Assembly: GCA_003235475.1 (NCBI GenBank)
Contig: QJWC01000079.1
Coordinates: forward strand, 15,335-79,334
Length of the DNA stretch: 64,000 nt
From: Acidimicrobiia bacterium
GTDB taxonomy: Bacteria; Actinomycetota; Acidimicrobiia; Spongiisociales; UBA5794
Direction: 5' to 3'
Shown here: positions 17,743 through 27,791 of the stretch, one piece after another
Layout: each line of letters begins with the position of its first letter
Numbering within the stretch: position 1 is the stretch's first letter
Made by a program: the position numbers and the translations under genes
Notes under the pieces: generated by a model
Databases searched by the model: none
The model's input: only the letters and a program-made list of their open reading frames with translations
Told to the model about the DNA's origin: nothing

Positions 17743-19380
17743 ATGATGGGTGAGACGATCGGTTCCGACCGGAAGCCGCGAAGCGGCGTCGCCGCGGCCT
17801 TCCTCGGTGCCATCTTCCCGGGGCTCGGCCACGGCTACATAGGCCGATTCCGGCGGGCTGCCCTCATGGCCATTCCCGTGGTCGTGCTCGTGGGCGGCGC
17901 GCTCTATGCGCTGAGCCGATCGTCGGTCGAGGTTGCGTCCTGGCTCGTGCGGCCGACAGTCCTCGCCTGGGTGCTGATCGCGAACATCGGCATCGTGATC
18001 TGGCGGGTTGCCGCCGTTGCCGATCCCTACCGTATGTCGGAGGGGAAGCACAGCCTCGGCCGACTTGCGGTCGTCATCGGTCTCGCGGCAATCGTGATCT
18101 TGCCGCACGTCTTGATTGCCAAGTACACCTACGAGGCGGCCCGGCTCCTCGACGACGTGTTCGTCTCGGAGGGCGAGGTCATCACGATTGCCCCCCTCGA
18201 TGAGACACCGCGGAACAACGCGCCGTTCGCGCCGGGCGACAATGCGGACTACACGGTGCCTGATCCGGCGCTCACTCGTGTGGCTCACGAGCGGTCGTAC
18301 AGGAACCTCATCTCACGCCCCGGTTTCGGGGATCCCGACGCTGTAGTCGAGGCACAGAAGTACCAGCAGTCGGTCCCTGTTCCGCTGTCCGACCGTCTCG
18401 CAGGAGAAGCCGAAGGTGTCGACCGGCTCACGATCCTCCTCGTCGGCGGCGATGGCGGTCCGGGTCGTGGTGGCACGCGTGCGGACACGATCATCGTCGC
18501 CTCATTCGACAAGACGACCGGCAAGGCGGCCTTGTTCTCGATCCCGAGGAACATGACGCACGTGCCACTGCCAGACGCGTGGTCGACGGCGTTCGTCGAC
18601 CTCGAACAGCGGCTCACGCCGTGGGCGGAGCGCAAGACGTGGACCGACGACGACGGTGACGGCCAGCCGGACCAGTTCGTTCCCTGCCATTGCTTCCCCG
18701 ATCAGCTCAACGCGATCTACCCGTTCACGCGCAGCTGGGTCGACACGTATCCGAACGAGGTCGACCCGGGGCTCGCGGCGCTTCGTGACACGGTCGAACT
18801 GCTCCTCGGCATCGACATCGACTACTACGCGATGGTGAACATGTCGGGATTCGTGCGGGTTGTCGATGCCCTCGGCGGCGTCCGGGTGTACAGCACGAGC
18901 TCGGTGCAGGCCGAGGTCTCGCCTGAAGAAGAGGGCCAGGAGTGGATCCAGATCGACATCTCGCCCGGATGGAACACACTCGACGGGCGTGCGGCGCTCG
19001 CCTACGTCAGAGAGCGCAAGTCGTCGAGCGATTACGTTCGGATGAAGCGCCAACGTTGCATGCTCAAGGCCGTGGCGGCCCGGGCCGATGTGGCGACCAT
19101 CCTGAGACGGTTCCCATCGATTGCTCGGGCGGTGGGGTCGTCGGTGAAGACCGACATTGACATCGACTACCTCCCGAAGCTCCTCGAGTATGCCGCGAGC
19201 CTCGACTACGACGATGTCGCCACGATCGGGTTCGTCCCTCCCTACTTCACGCCCGTCGTAGACGCCAGGGGCAAGCCGACGCCGGATCTCGTGCGCATCC
19301 AGGCCATGGTGAGGTGGGCGTTCTCGGCGGACGAGACGACGCAGTTCGAGACCGGCAGCGAGAGCGAGTGCCGCGTCTGA
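17743..19380 (+). CDS. LCP (LytR-CpsA-Psr) family cell-envelope glycopolymer ligase, copy 1
   Basis: LTILLVGGDGGPGRGGTRADTIIVASFDKTTGKAALFSIPRNM is the LCP core motif. The N-terminal ~140 aa holds several TM segments beginning AAFLGAIFPGLGHGYIGRF. Start at the ATG pair 17743/17746. Confidence 0.88.
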   Translation: MMGETIGSDRKPRSGVAAAFLGAIFPGLGHGYIGRFRRAALMAIPVVVLVGGALYALSRSSVEVASWLVRPTVLAWVLIANIGIVIWRVAAVADPYRMSEGKHSLGRLAVVIGLAAIVILPHVLIAKYTYEAARLLDDVFVSEGEVITIAPLDETPRNNAPFAPGDNADYTVPDPALTRVAHERSYRNLISRPGFGDPDAVVEAQKYQQSVPVPLSDRLAGEAEGVDRLTILLVGGDGGPGRGGTRADTIIVASFDKTTGKAALFSIPRNMTHVPLPDAWSTAFVDLEQRLTPWAERKTWTDDDGDGQPDQFVPCHCFPDQLNAIYPFTRSWVDTYPNEVDPGLAALRDTVELLLGIDIDYYAMVNMSGFVRVVDALGGVRVYSTSSVQAEVSPEEEGQEWIQIDISPGWNTLDGRAALAYVRERKSSSDYVRMKRQRCMLKAVAARADVATILRRFPSIARAVGSSVKTDIDIDYLPKLLEYAASLDYDDVATIGFVPPYFTPVVDARGKPTPDLVRIQAMVRWAFSADETTQFETGSESECRV

Positions 19381-19441
19381 GGCTCCGGCGCTAACCGGCC
19401 TGCGCGGTACCGTTCACCGTGAATTCGCCGATTGGGGAGTA

Positions 19442-21076
19442 ATGGCGACACCCGAACCGCATGCGACCCGGTCCCCCCGTCCCTGGCTCGCAGCCGTCCT
19501 GAGCGGACTCGTGCCCGGCGCTGGCCAGCTGTATGCGCGGCGATACCTGCGCGCGGCGTTGTGGTTCTCGCCTACCTTGCTGGTCGCGGTCGGGGTCATC
19601 CCTCTCATCTCAATGCAGACGTCGACGCTCATCAGCACGGCGCTCTCACCGTCCGTGCTGTGGGCGATCTACGCCGCGAACATCGCCGCCGCGGTGTGGC
19701 GCGTCGCGTCCTCGATCGACGCCTATTTCGTTGCCCGTCCCGAGGGCGAGGCGTCTGGCGCAATGGCGGTTGCCGTCGGCGGGGCGGCCGTGCTCCTGCT
19801 CATCGCCGCACCCCATCTGGTTATCGGTCGGTACACCTACTCGACGATCGAACTCGTCGACGCGCTCTTTGTGACCGACGGCGAATCGACAGGCGAGCCG
19901 ATCATTCCCATCGGCACTGACGCCGACATCGTCCCCGATCCCGTCACCCGGTACTACGACACGCATGGCGTCGACCCCACATCGCTGCGAAACCTGATCT
20001 TCCGCGAGGGATTCGGTGACCCGGACGCGGTCGCGGTGTGGGACGAGGTCGTGCGCACGCGGACGGCGAGGTCTCGAGTCGCTCCCTTCCCTTCGTACAA
20101 CGAACGCGTCGGCGGCGGACGCATCACGATCCTGTTCGCAGGCGGCGACGCCGGGCCCGGCCGCGGAGGGCTGCGGACCGATGCGATGATGGTCGCGTCG
20201 ATAGACACGACGACCGGCAAAGCCGCACTGTTCGCGTTTCCGCGGAACATGGGATCGGTGCCGCTCCCGGACAAGTTCTCGGACGCTTTCGTCGAGCTCG
20301 AACAGCGGGTCTTTCCTCCGCCTCCGGAACCTGAGCCCGTCGAAGGGGAGGACCCCCCGCCGCTGCCGGAGTGGGAGAGCTGCGAATGCTTCCCCGAACA
20401 GCTGAACGCCCTCTATCCGTTCACCCGCAGATGGACCAGCTCCTATCCGAACGACCCCGACCCCGGGATGGCGGCCCTCAGGGATGTCCTTTCGAATCTG
20501 ATGGGCCTGCGGATCGACTACTACGCGCTCATCGACATGGCCGCATTCGTGGATCTGGTCGATGCCATCGGCGGCGTTGACGTCTATGTGCTGCAACCCC
20601 TGCAAGCCGAGGTCTCGCCGCCGCGCGAGGGTGATCCCTGGGCGAAGGTCGATGTCGACGTCGGTTGGAACCATCTCACCGGCCCGGAGGCGCTCGCGTA
20701 TGCGCGTGCCCGCCACGGCTCGTCCGACTACGCCCGAATGGAACGTCAACGCTGCATGGTGAAGGCCGTCGCAGCCCAGGCGACGCCCGCGAAGATCCTC
20801 CGGCACTTTCCGGCGATCGTCGATGCCATCACTGGCTCGGTGGTGACCGACATTCCCCTCACATTCCTCCCTGACCTCCTGGAAGCCGCCGCGCAGCTCG
20901 ACTTCAACGACATCGACACGGTCGGGTTCACGTTCTCGTACTGGCTCCCGGAACGCGACGTCCTCTATCACCCGATCCCGGACGTCGACAAGATCCGATC
21001 GAAGGTCCGCCGTGTGCTGGCAGGTCAGAGTGATCCCACGTCCGACGCAGCCGTGTCTGATGAGTGCGAGGTCTGA
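19442..21076 (+). CDS. LCP (LytR-CpsA-Psr) family cell-envelope glycopolymer ligase, copy 2 (tandem paralog)
   Basis: ITILFAGGDAGPGRGGLRTDAMMVASIDTTTGKAALFAFPRNM. Colinear with copy 1 over the full length, including the N-terminal AAVLSGLVPGAGQLYARRY multi-TM module and the C-terminal ...SECRV / ...DECEV end. Confidence 0.88.
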   Translation: MATPEPHATRSPRPWLAAVLSGLVPGAGQLYARRYLRAALWFSPTLLVAVGVIPLISMQTSTLISTALSPSVLWAIYAANIAAAVWRVASSIDAYFVARPEGEASGAMAVAVGGAAVLLLIAAPHLVIGRYTYSTIELVDALFVTDGESTGEPIIPIGTDADIVPDPVTRYYDTHGVDPTSLRNLIFREGFGDPDAVAVWDEVVRTRTARSRVAPFPSYNERVGGGRITILFAGGDAGPGRGGLRTDAMMVASIDTTTGKAALFAFPRNMGSVPLPDKFSDAFVELEQRVFPPPPEPEPVEGEDPPPLPEWESCECFPEQLNALYPFTRRWTSSYPNDPDPGMAALRDVLSNLMGLRIDYYALIDMAAFVDLVDAIGGVDVYVLQPLQAEVSPPREGDPWAKVDVDVGWNHLTGPEALAYARARHGSSDYARMERQRCMVKAVAAQATPAKILRHFPAIVDAITGSVVTDIPLTFLPDLLEAAAQLDFNDIDTVGFTFSYWLPERDVLYHPIPDVDKIRSKVRRVLAGQSDPTSDAAVSDECEV

Positions 21077-21191
21077 AGACTTTCGTATGCCCCGAGACGG
21101 CGATAGAAGCGCCTTCTGAGGAAGTCCTGGTGCTCCGGGCTACAGCCGGTCATGGGTCAAGGCGTGTCGGGGACGTGCCGATACCCCTTGC

Positions 21192-23717
21192 ATGTCCAAT
21201 GTGATGTTCGCGCGCACCGAGCGGCACCGCCTCGTCGGGTTGCTGCTGCGAACCCGTGCGCTCGTCTACGTCGGCCTCGGGCTGCCGATCATTGCGTTCG
21301 TCAACCCGTCGATGCCGTGGCTCCTGGTTGCCCTCGTCGCCCTCGCCGCAGCTGCTGGAGTGCCGTTCGTCACACGCACGAGCACGCGGACATCGGGAAT
21401 GCGAACCTCGATCGTGATCGATCTCTTCGTGTCGTACATGTTGTGGGCCGTCGTTCCCGAGGCGACGGCCCTTTCGTTGATCGGCACAGCGTGGACCGTG
21501 GTGATCGCAGTCTTCCTGCTCCCGAGGGCGACCTCGCGCACGATCTCGTCGGTTGCCGTGGTTTTGGAGCTCTCGAAGCTCGCGGTCGTAGCGGTGTCGC
21601 CCTCCTTCCTCGATCCGTTCACCGCGGGAGTGGGGTGGGTGATCGTCGGGAGGAGCGTCATCCTGTCCGCAGCGTACGCAATGGCGTCGATGCTCGACCG
21701 ATACCTCTCGAAGCTCTACATCGCGACCGAAACGGGGTCTGATCGATACGAGCGGCTCATGAGGGATGCGCCCACCGCGTTCGTGATCGTGACGCGGGAC
21801 GCGGTGCGCTTTGCGAACGCCTCCGCCGAACGGCTTCTCGAAGCAGGCCCTGGCGGCCTCGCGGGGACCAACCCCATGGACTTCATCGACCCGTCGCACA
21901 AGACCGCGATCGTCGAGGATGTCACGGCGGCCCTCGAACAGCTCGATCCGGTCATCATCCCTGCTCTCCCCATCAAGACGCTGACGGGCAAGCCCATCAC
22001 GATCACGGTCACGATGGCCGCCACGGATTACCGAGGCGACCTGGCCCTCCAGGTGATGTTCACGGACATCTCTGCGCAGCAACAGGTGGAGTCAGAGCTC
22101 AGGGAGACACGCCTCAACTATCGAACCTTCTTCGAACGCATCCCGGTCGCGCTCTACCGATCACGACCGAGCGGTGAGATCATCCAGGCGAACAGGGCGC
22201 TGATCGACATCCTCGGAGCCACGTCCGAGACCGAGGTGATCGGGCGCAACGCGAAGGTCTTCTACGTCGACGAAGAGGATCGCGAGCACCTGTCTGACAT
22301 GCTCTCCCAGGACCGACTCGTCGTCGGTTTCGAGGCGCGGCTCAGGCGCCTCGACGGGCGGGTCATCTGGGTGCGCGACACCTCCCGCCTCATCTCCACC
22401 GACTTCGGAGACGTCTACGAAGGCTCGATCGTGGACGTCACGAGCCGCAGGGACATCGAGGACGAGCTCTGGAGTCGGGCGATGCAGCAGGAGGCTGTTG
22501 CATCAATCGGGCAGACAGCACTCGAGATCGCTGACATCAGCGAGGTGATGCGAACCGTTGCTGAAACCGTCGCCCGAGTGTTGCGCACCGACGGCGCTGC
22601 GATCATCGATCGTGCGGCGACGGGCTTCAGGTACGTCGGAAGGAATGCCTGGTTCACCATGGACGCGACGGCGACGAGCGCGCTCGCGGACCGAGCCCAC
22701 ATGACCGCTGCCCCTGTGGTCCTCCGATCCGAGAGCGAGATCCGCTTCGCGGCCCCGGCACTCGCCAAGGCCGGTGTCCAATCGAGTGTCGCGGTCATGG
22801 TCCCGGCAACCGGGATGGAGTTCGGAACGCTCGCCGTCGTCTCGGAGTCCGAGCGCGTGTTCACCTCGGACGACCTGAACTTCCTGCACTCCGTCGCGAA
22901 CGTGCTCGCGGCGGCAATCGACCGCGCCGCGGCGAACAGCAAGCTCGAGGAGCTCCTCAAGTCGAAGGATGCCTTTGTCGCATCCGTCTCGCACGAACTC
23001 CGTACGCCACTCACCGTGGTCACCGGGATGGCGTACGAGCTCAGGGAACGCTGGGGGGACCTGTCCCGCGAAGAGCTCGCTGAGTTCACGAACCTGCTCG
23101 TGGATCAGAGCCGAGACATGTCCGATCTGATCGAAGACCTCCTCGTTGCTGCGCGGGCCAACATCGGTAACGTCACCGTGCGCAAGGAACCAGTGGACCT
23201 GCACACCCAGGTATCGGGCGTGCTGACATCGTTTGCCGGAAGTGCCCGAATGCCGATCAAGGCAAAGCTCGAGGATGCGGTCGTCGACGGTGATCCGATA
23301 CGCGTCCGCCAGATACTGCGGAACCTCGTCACGAACGCCATTCGGTACGGCGGCGACGAGATCGAGGTCGTCATGTCGTCCACGGCAGGGACGCGGGTGG
23401 TCGAGGTCATCGACAATGGCCCGGGCATTCCGGCCGAGGACCGCGAGCGCGTGTTCGCCGCATACGAGCGGGCGCACCACGCTGCGGGTCAGCCAGGTTC
23501 GGTCGGGCTCGGTCTGACGGTCTCGCGCACGCTCGCGCAGCTGATGGGTGGCTCGCTCACGTATCGGTGGGACGGACGCTCGACATTCCGGCTCGAGCTC
23601 CCTCGGGCCCCGGAAAGAGGGCCGGCTCCCGACCCGGCTGCGAACCACGACCAGCGCGACGCCAACCCCGCTCGGCTCGAACCGATCGGAAGCCAGTCCC
23701 TCGGCGCCACTGACTGA
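21192..23717 (+). CDS. Membrane sensor histidine kinase (multi-TM, PAS, PAS, GAF-like, HisKA, HATPase_c)
   Basis: 841 aa. N-terminal ~170 aa is hydrophobic. Two PAS-like blocks (RDAPTAFVIVTRDAVRFANASAERLL...; FFERIPVALYRSRPSGEIIQANRALIDILG...). H-box FVASVSHELRTPLT. N-box LRNLVTNAIRYG. G-boxes IDNGPGIP and GSVGLGLTVS. No response regulator gene is adjacent. Confidence 0.9.
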   Translation: MSNVMFARTERHRLVGLLLRTRALVYVGLGLPIIAFVNPSMPWLLVALVALAAAAGVPFVTRTSTRTSGMRTSIVIDLFVSYMLWAVVPEATALSLIGTAWTVVIAVFLLPRATSRTISSVAVVLELSKLAVVAVSPSFLDPFTAGVGWVIVGRSVILSAAYAMASMLDRYLSKLYIATETGSDRYERLMRDAPTAFVIVTRDAVRFANASAERLLEAGPGGLAGTNPMDFIDPSHKTAIVEDVTAALEQLDPVIIPALPIKTLTGKPITITVTMAATDYRGDLALQVMFTDISAQQQVESELRETRLNYRTFFERIPVALYRSRPSGEIIQANRALIDILGATSETEVIGRNAKVFYVDEEDREHLSDMLSQDRLVVGFEARLRRLDGRVIWVRDTSRLISTDFGDVYEGSIVDVTSRRDIEDELWSRAMQQEAVASIGQTALEIADISEVMRTVAETVARVLRTDGAAIIDRAATGFRYVGRNAWFTMDATATSALADRAHMTAAPVVLRSESEIRFAAPALAKAGVQSSVAVMVPATGMEFGTLAVVSESERVFTSDDLNFLHSVANVLAAAIDRAAANSKLEELLKSKDAFVASVSHELRTPLTVVTGMAYELRERWGDLSREELAEFTNLLVDQSRDMSDLIEDLLVAARANIGNVTVRKEPVDLHTQVSGVLTSFAGSARMPIKAKLEDAVVDGDPIRVRQILRNLVTNAIRYGGDEIEVVMSSTAGTRVVEVIDNGPGIPAEDRERVFAAYERAHHAAGQPGSVGLGLTVSRTLAQLMGGSLTYRWDGRSTFRLELPRAPERGPAPDPAANHDQRDANPARLEPIGSQSLGATD

Positions 23718-23729
23718 CACCTGACTTCG

Positions 23730-25289
23730 TCAGCGAAGGGCCCTCGCGATGTCGTCAATGCCACGGGTGGCCTCTGCGCCCAGGTTCACCGGGATGACGG
23801 CACGGCCCCGCGAATGGAGTGCCGAGGCGTCACCCTCGGCCTGAGCGCGGATCAACGTGTTGAACGTGTAGCTCGCCTCTGGAACCGTGAGCGTCGCATG
23901 TGGCTCGTCGATGAGTTGGAGGTAAATGCCTCCCGGCTGGCCACCCTTGTGGAGCTGTCCGGTCGAGTGGAGGAACCGTGGCCCGAGACCTACGGTGGTC
24001 GGGACGTTGAACCGCGAAGACACCGTGCGCGCGAGCCGCTCGAGGGCGGACTCGGTGTCCGCCGACGGCGCGAGGAATGCCTGGACAGCGATGTATACCG
24101 CGTCTTCTGTGTTCCGGGCGAGCGCTTCTGCGACCCTTCGCGGATCGGTCATGTAGTCGACTCGCTCGCCGGCGCCGGATCCTTCCATCGCTTCGACCGC
24201 GAGCGTCTTCGCAAGCTGGACGTCCGGCTGGTCGAATGGGTTGATGCCAAGTGCCTCACCGGCGACGGCGGTCGCGAACTCGAGGACGAACATCGCAGCA
24301 CCAACCGCGTGAGGGTCGTCATATCCGATCGCGATGTCGGCCGTGTCAGGGATGGTGGGGCCCAACGCCACGGTCAGAACCGCGTCGGGAGGACTGATGG
24401 CACCCGCGGCGATGGGCAGGATGCCGACGCCTTCCTTGCCCGTCGACTCCGCGATCAATTGTTCTATCCAAGCCGGAACAGAGGACGCGATGGAGGATCC
24501 GGTGAAGTACGCCCCGCTGAGTCCGTCCGCTGCAATCGATCCGAGGACTGCGCCGATCGCGAGCCCCGGGTTCTCTGCCGTCGACGTCCGACAGGCGCCG
24601 GCGGCCGCAGACGCATGGTCGAGAACCTGCTCGAGATCGGCTCCGATGATCCCGGCCGGGACGAGTCCGAAGGCGCTCAGCGCCGAATACCGACCGCCAA
24701 CGTCGGGGTTGGCGAGCACCACTGACCTGAAGTCGCGTGCCTCGCCGAGAGCCGCGAGTGACGAACCGGCATCGGTCACCGCGACGAAGTGGCGGCCCGG
24801 ATTCGAAACCGAGCTCGATGCGAAGTCCCAGAAGTACCGGAACAGCGAAAGCGTCTCGAGCGTCCCACCAGACTTCGAAGAGACGATCCACCAGGTGTTT
24901 GTGGGGTCGAGGCCGTTTCTGAGCTCGAGGAGATGATCGGGGTGGGTCGTGTCGGCGACGGTCAGCCGAGGTGAACCATCAGCTGTCGGGAGGCTCGCGG
25001 CGAACACCTCGGGGGCGAGGCTGGACCCGCCCATGCCGCACAGCACGATATCCGTGATTCCCTCCGCTGTCGCCTGCTCGGCGAGGTGTGCGATCGGTCC
25101 GAGCAACGATCGGGACTCGATCGGCAGGTCGAGCCATCCGAGACGGTTCGCCACCTCGTCTCGTGGAGGATCGAACCAGACCGTCGGATCTTTCGCCCAG
25201 AGCCGATCGACGCCATGGCGGTCGATCCAACGGTTGACAGTGTCGTCGGATGCTGGTGATCGGCGCCGAACCTCGAGCGCGAGGCTCAT
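23730..25289 (-). CDS. pgi: Glucose-6-phosphate isomerase
   Basis: 519 aa. SIS-domain motif IVLCGMGGSSLAPEV. Overall layout of the PGI type found fused or adjacent to transaldolase. 4-nt overlap with tal upstream. Confidence 0.85.
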   Translation of the reverse strand: MSLALEVRRRSPASDDTVNRWIDRHGVDRLWAKDPTVWFDPPRDEVANRLGWLDLPIESRSLLGPIAHLAEQATAEGITDIVLCGMGGSSLAPEVFAASLPTADGSPRLTVADTTHPDHLLELRNGLDPTNTWWIVSSKSGGTLETLSLFRYFWDFASSSVSNPGRHFVAVTDAGSSLAALGEARDFRSVVLANPDVGGRYSALSAFGLVPAGIIGADLEQVLDHASAAAGACRTSTAENPGLAIGAVLGSIAADGLSGAYFTGSSIASSVPAWIEQLIAESTGKEGVGILPIAAGAISPPDAVLTVALGPTIPDTADIAIGYDDPHAVGAAMFVLEFATAVAGEALGINPFDQPDVQLAKTLAVEAMEGSGAGERVDYMTDPRRVAEALARNTEDAVYIAVQAFLAPSADTESALERLARTVSSRFNVPTTVGLGPRFLHSTGQLHKGGQPGGIYLQLIDEPHATLTVPEASYTFNTLIRAQAEGDASALHSRGRAVIPVNLGAEATRGIDDIARALR

Positions 25290-26380
25290 GACGCGAGCTT
25301 CGCCTGCTTGTCAGCGATCGCGTCGAGCACAGCGTTATAGGCACTTGCGAACGCGGCGACCCCATCGGTCTGCAACTTGTCGGTGATCGCGGCGAAGTCC
25401 ACACCGACCGCGGCGAGGGCCTCCACGCGGCTGGCTGCGGTCTCGATGCCGTCGAGGAGCGAATCGCGCTTGACCACGCCGTGATCCTCGAACGCCTCGA
25501 TCGTCGCCGGCGGCGCCGTGTTGACGGTGTTCGGACCGATGAGCTCCTCCACATAGAGCACGTCGCGGTATGAAGGGTTCTTCGTTGACGTCGATGCCCA
25601 CAGCGGGCGCTGCGGCCTGGTACCCGCGGACGCCAGGGAGCCGAACGGGGGGCCCTCGAAGATCTCGAGGTATCGCGCGTATGCGATCTGCGCGTTGGCG
25701 ATGGCGATGGTGCCCCTGATCGAGAGCGCTTCATCGGTTCCAACGGCTTCGAGCGCGCTGTCCACGTAGGAGTCGACGCGGCTCACGAAAAAGGAGGCGA
25801 CCGATGCGAGCCGGTCGGGACGCTCGGCCTTGGAAGCTCCATGCACATACGCCATCGCGACGGCCTCGTAGTCAGCCAACGAGAACATCAGCGTTGCATT
25901 GACGTTGATGCCGACGGAGGTCAGCTCCTCGATCGCAGGAATTCCCTCGGCCGTGGCTGGCACCTTGATCATCACGTTCGGGCGGTCGATCGCCTCCCAG
26001 AGCCGCTTGGCGTCGCGGATCGTGCCCTCGGTGTCGTACGCGAGCGTGGGCGACACTTCGAAGCTCGCGTAGCCGTCCTTCCCGTCCGAGTCGTCGAACA
26101 CCGGCCGAAGGACGTCAGCCGCTCCGCGGATGTCTTCGAGAGCGACGGCTTCGAATGCGGAGCTCGCGTCGACATCTCCGAGCGATGCGATCGCGCCGTC
26201 GTAGAGGGCGGTGTCCGCGATCGCCTTTTCGAAGATCGATGGATTGCTCGTGAGACCCCGAACGCCCGACTTGACGAGCGCATCGAGTTCGCCGTTCTGG
26301 AGTTGGTCGCGGCGTATGTAGTCGTACCAGATCGACTGGCCGGCGTTCCATAGTTCTTTGAGTTTGCTCACGGGGTCCAT
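25286..26380 (-). CDS. tal: Transaldolase
   Basis: 364 aa. SIWYDYIRRDQL, GVRGLTSNPSIFEKAI and VMIKVPAT motifs of actinobacterial-type transaldolase. Confidence 0.92.
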   Translation of the reverse strand: MDPVSKLKELWNAGQSIWYDYIRRDQLQNGELDALVKSGVRGLTSNPSIFEKAIADTALYDGAIASLGDVDASSAFEAVALEDIRGAADVLRPVFDDSDGKDGYASFEVSPTLAYDTEGTIRDAKRLWEAIDRPNVMIKVPATAEGIPAIEELTSVGINVNATLMFSLADYEAVAMAYVHGASKAERPDRLASVASFFVSRVDSYVDSALEAVGTDEALSIRGTIAIANAQIAYARYLEIFEGPPFGSLASAGTRPQRPLWASTSTKNPSYRDVLYVEELIGPNTVNTAPPATIEAFEDHGVVKRDSLLDGIETAASRVEALAAVGVDFAAITDKLQTDGVAAFASAYNAVLDAIADKQAKLAS

Positions 26381-26408
26381 CCCTGATCGTTCATCGAAGG
26401 GTACGCCG

Positions 26409-27293
26409 TCACTCTCGGTCCGAGACGATTCGCCGTGCCAATTCGATCATCTTGGCGCGCAGATCAGGATCTTCCATTGAGGACATCACGGTTGCCTCGA
26501 GGAATCCCTCCTTCGACCCGCAGTCGAATCGACTGGTGTGGTTGCGAACTGCGTGGAGCCCCGCTGACGCGATGGTCGCCCTTATCGCGTCCGTCAGCTG
26601 TATCTCGCCTCCTGCACCTGCGTGTGTGGAGCCCAATGCTCGCATGACCTCCGGCCGGAGCACGTATCGGCCAACGACCGCCAAGGTCGTCGGGGCCTTG
26701 TCTGGCGCCGGCTTCTCGACCACATCCCGAACCGCGAAGGGTCGTTCGCCGCGTTCACCGTCCGACGGGTCGACGATGCCATAGCTGTCTGTCCGTTCCG
26801 GGTCGACCTCGTCCACCAGGACCACACTCGTCCCGAGGTCGTTGTATGAGTCGATCAACGTCCTCAGAGCCGGTTCGTCTCCGAACATCACCTCATCAGG
26901 GAGGATCACGGCGAACGCTTCGTCACCGACGACGTGGCGTGCACACCAAATTGCGTGGCCGAGGCCGAGCGGCTGGTTCTGACGGACGAAGACGAGCTGA
27001 CCCGCCGAGGGTCTGAGCGACTCGAGTGACGTCAGGATGTCGTCCTTCCCGCTTTTTGAGAGCGCCGATTCGAGCTCGTGATCCTTCCCGAAGTAATCCT
27101 CGATCGCAGACTGGCCCTTCCCAGTGACGATCACAATGGTCTCGATGCCTGACTCGAGGGCCTCGTCGACGGCGTACTGGATGAGAGGCCGATCGAGGAT
27201 GGGGAGGAGGACCTTCGGTGTGGCCTTGCTCGCGGGCAGGAACCTCGTGCCGCGCCCTGCGACAGGGATGATCGCGGTGCGGACCGGCTTCAT
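26409..27293 (-). CDS. galU: UTP--glucose-1-phosphate uridylyltransferase
   Basis: Starts at the internal ATG MKPVRTAIIPVAGRGTRFLPASKATPKVLLPI (GxGTRxLPxTK motif). ATGA overlap with the bcp stop at 27293. The upstream 105 codons of the track ORF are Arg-rich and overlap bcp. Confidence 0.92.
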   Translation of the reverse strand: MKPVRTAIIPVAGRGTRFLPASKATPKVLLPILDRPLIQYAVDEALESGIETIVIVTGKGQSAIEDYFGKDHELESALSKSGKDDILTSLESLRPSAGQLVFVRQNQPLGLGHAIWCARHVVGDEAFAVILPDEVMFGDEPALRTLIDSYNDLGTSVVLVDEVDPERTDSYGIVDPSDGERGERPFAVRDVVEKPAPDKAPTTLAVVGRYVLRPEVMRALGSTHAGAGGEIQLTDAIRATIASAGLHAVRNHTSRFDCGSKEGFLEATVMSSMEDPDLRAKMIELARRIVSDRE

Positions 27294-27772
27294 CAGCCGG
27301 TCGCTGAGGTCGCGACGCGCTCGACGTGGCCCTTCGCGCGCACGTTGTACCACGCCGATTCGATCGTGCCTTCGTCGTCGATCGTGAAGGTCGACCTGAT
27401 GATCCCCATGTACTCCTTGCCGTAGTTCTTCTTCAGCCCGTAAGCGCCGAAGGCGGTCGCCATCGTGTGGTCCGGATCGGAGAGGAGATCGAACGGGAGG
27501 TCGTACTCGTCCTTGAACTTGGCGAGCTTCCCGGGAGTGTCGGGGGACACGCCGAGGATCGAGTATCCGGCCGCTGCGAAGAACTCGTGCCGATCGCGAA
27601 AGTCGCACGACTCAGTCGTGCAGCCCGGTGTGAATGCCTTCGGGTAGAAGTAGATCACAAGCTTCTTCCCTGTGAACTCCTCGCTTGTCCGCGTCGTTCC
27701 GGTCTGGTCGGGAGCCGAGAATGTCGGAGCAGGGTCTCCGGCCTCGAGCATGATCGTGTTGGAGCTGGTCAT
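27293..27772 (-). CDS. bcp: Peroxiredoxin, Bcp type
   Basis: LEAGDPAPTFSAPDQTG...KLVIYFYPKAFTPGCTTESCDF carries the peroxidatic Cys motif (PxxxTxxC). About 159 aa from MTSSNT. Confidence 0.92.
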   Translation of the reverse strand: MTSSNTIMLEAGDPAPTFSAPDQTGTTRTSEEFTGKKLVIYFYPKAFTPGCTTESCDFRDRHEFFAAAGYSILGVSPDTPGKLAKFKDEYDLPFDLLSDPDHTMATAFGAYGLKKNYGKEYMGIIRSTFTIDDEGTIESAWYNVRAKGHVERVATSATG

Positions 27773-27791
27773 GTGCTGGAGGGTACCGACG

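Noticed and set aside
16513-18288. 591-aa minus-strand ORF
   Set aside because: It is antisense to the M23 peptidase and LCP genes, which have clear family motifs. Its product is Arg/Asp/His/Gly-rich with no motif. This is a typical high-GC antisense artefact.
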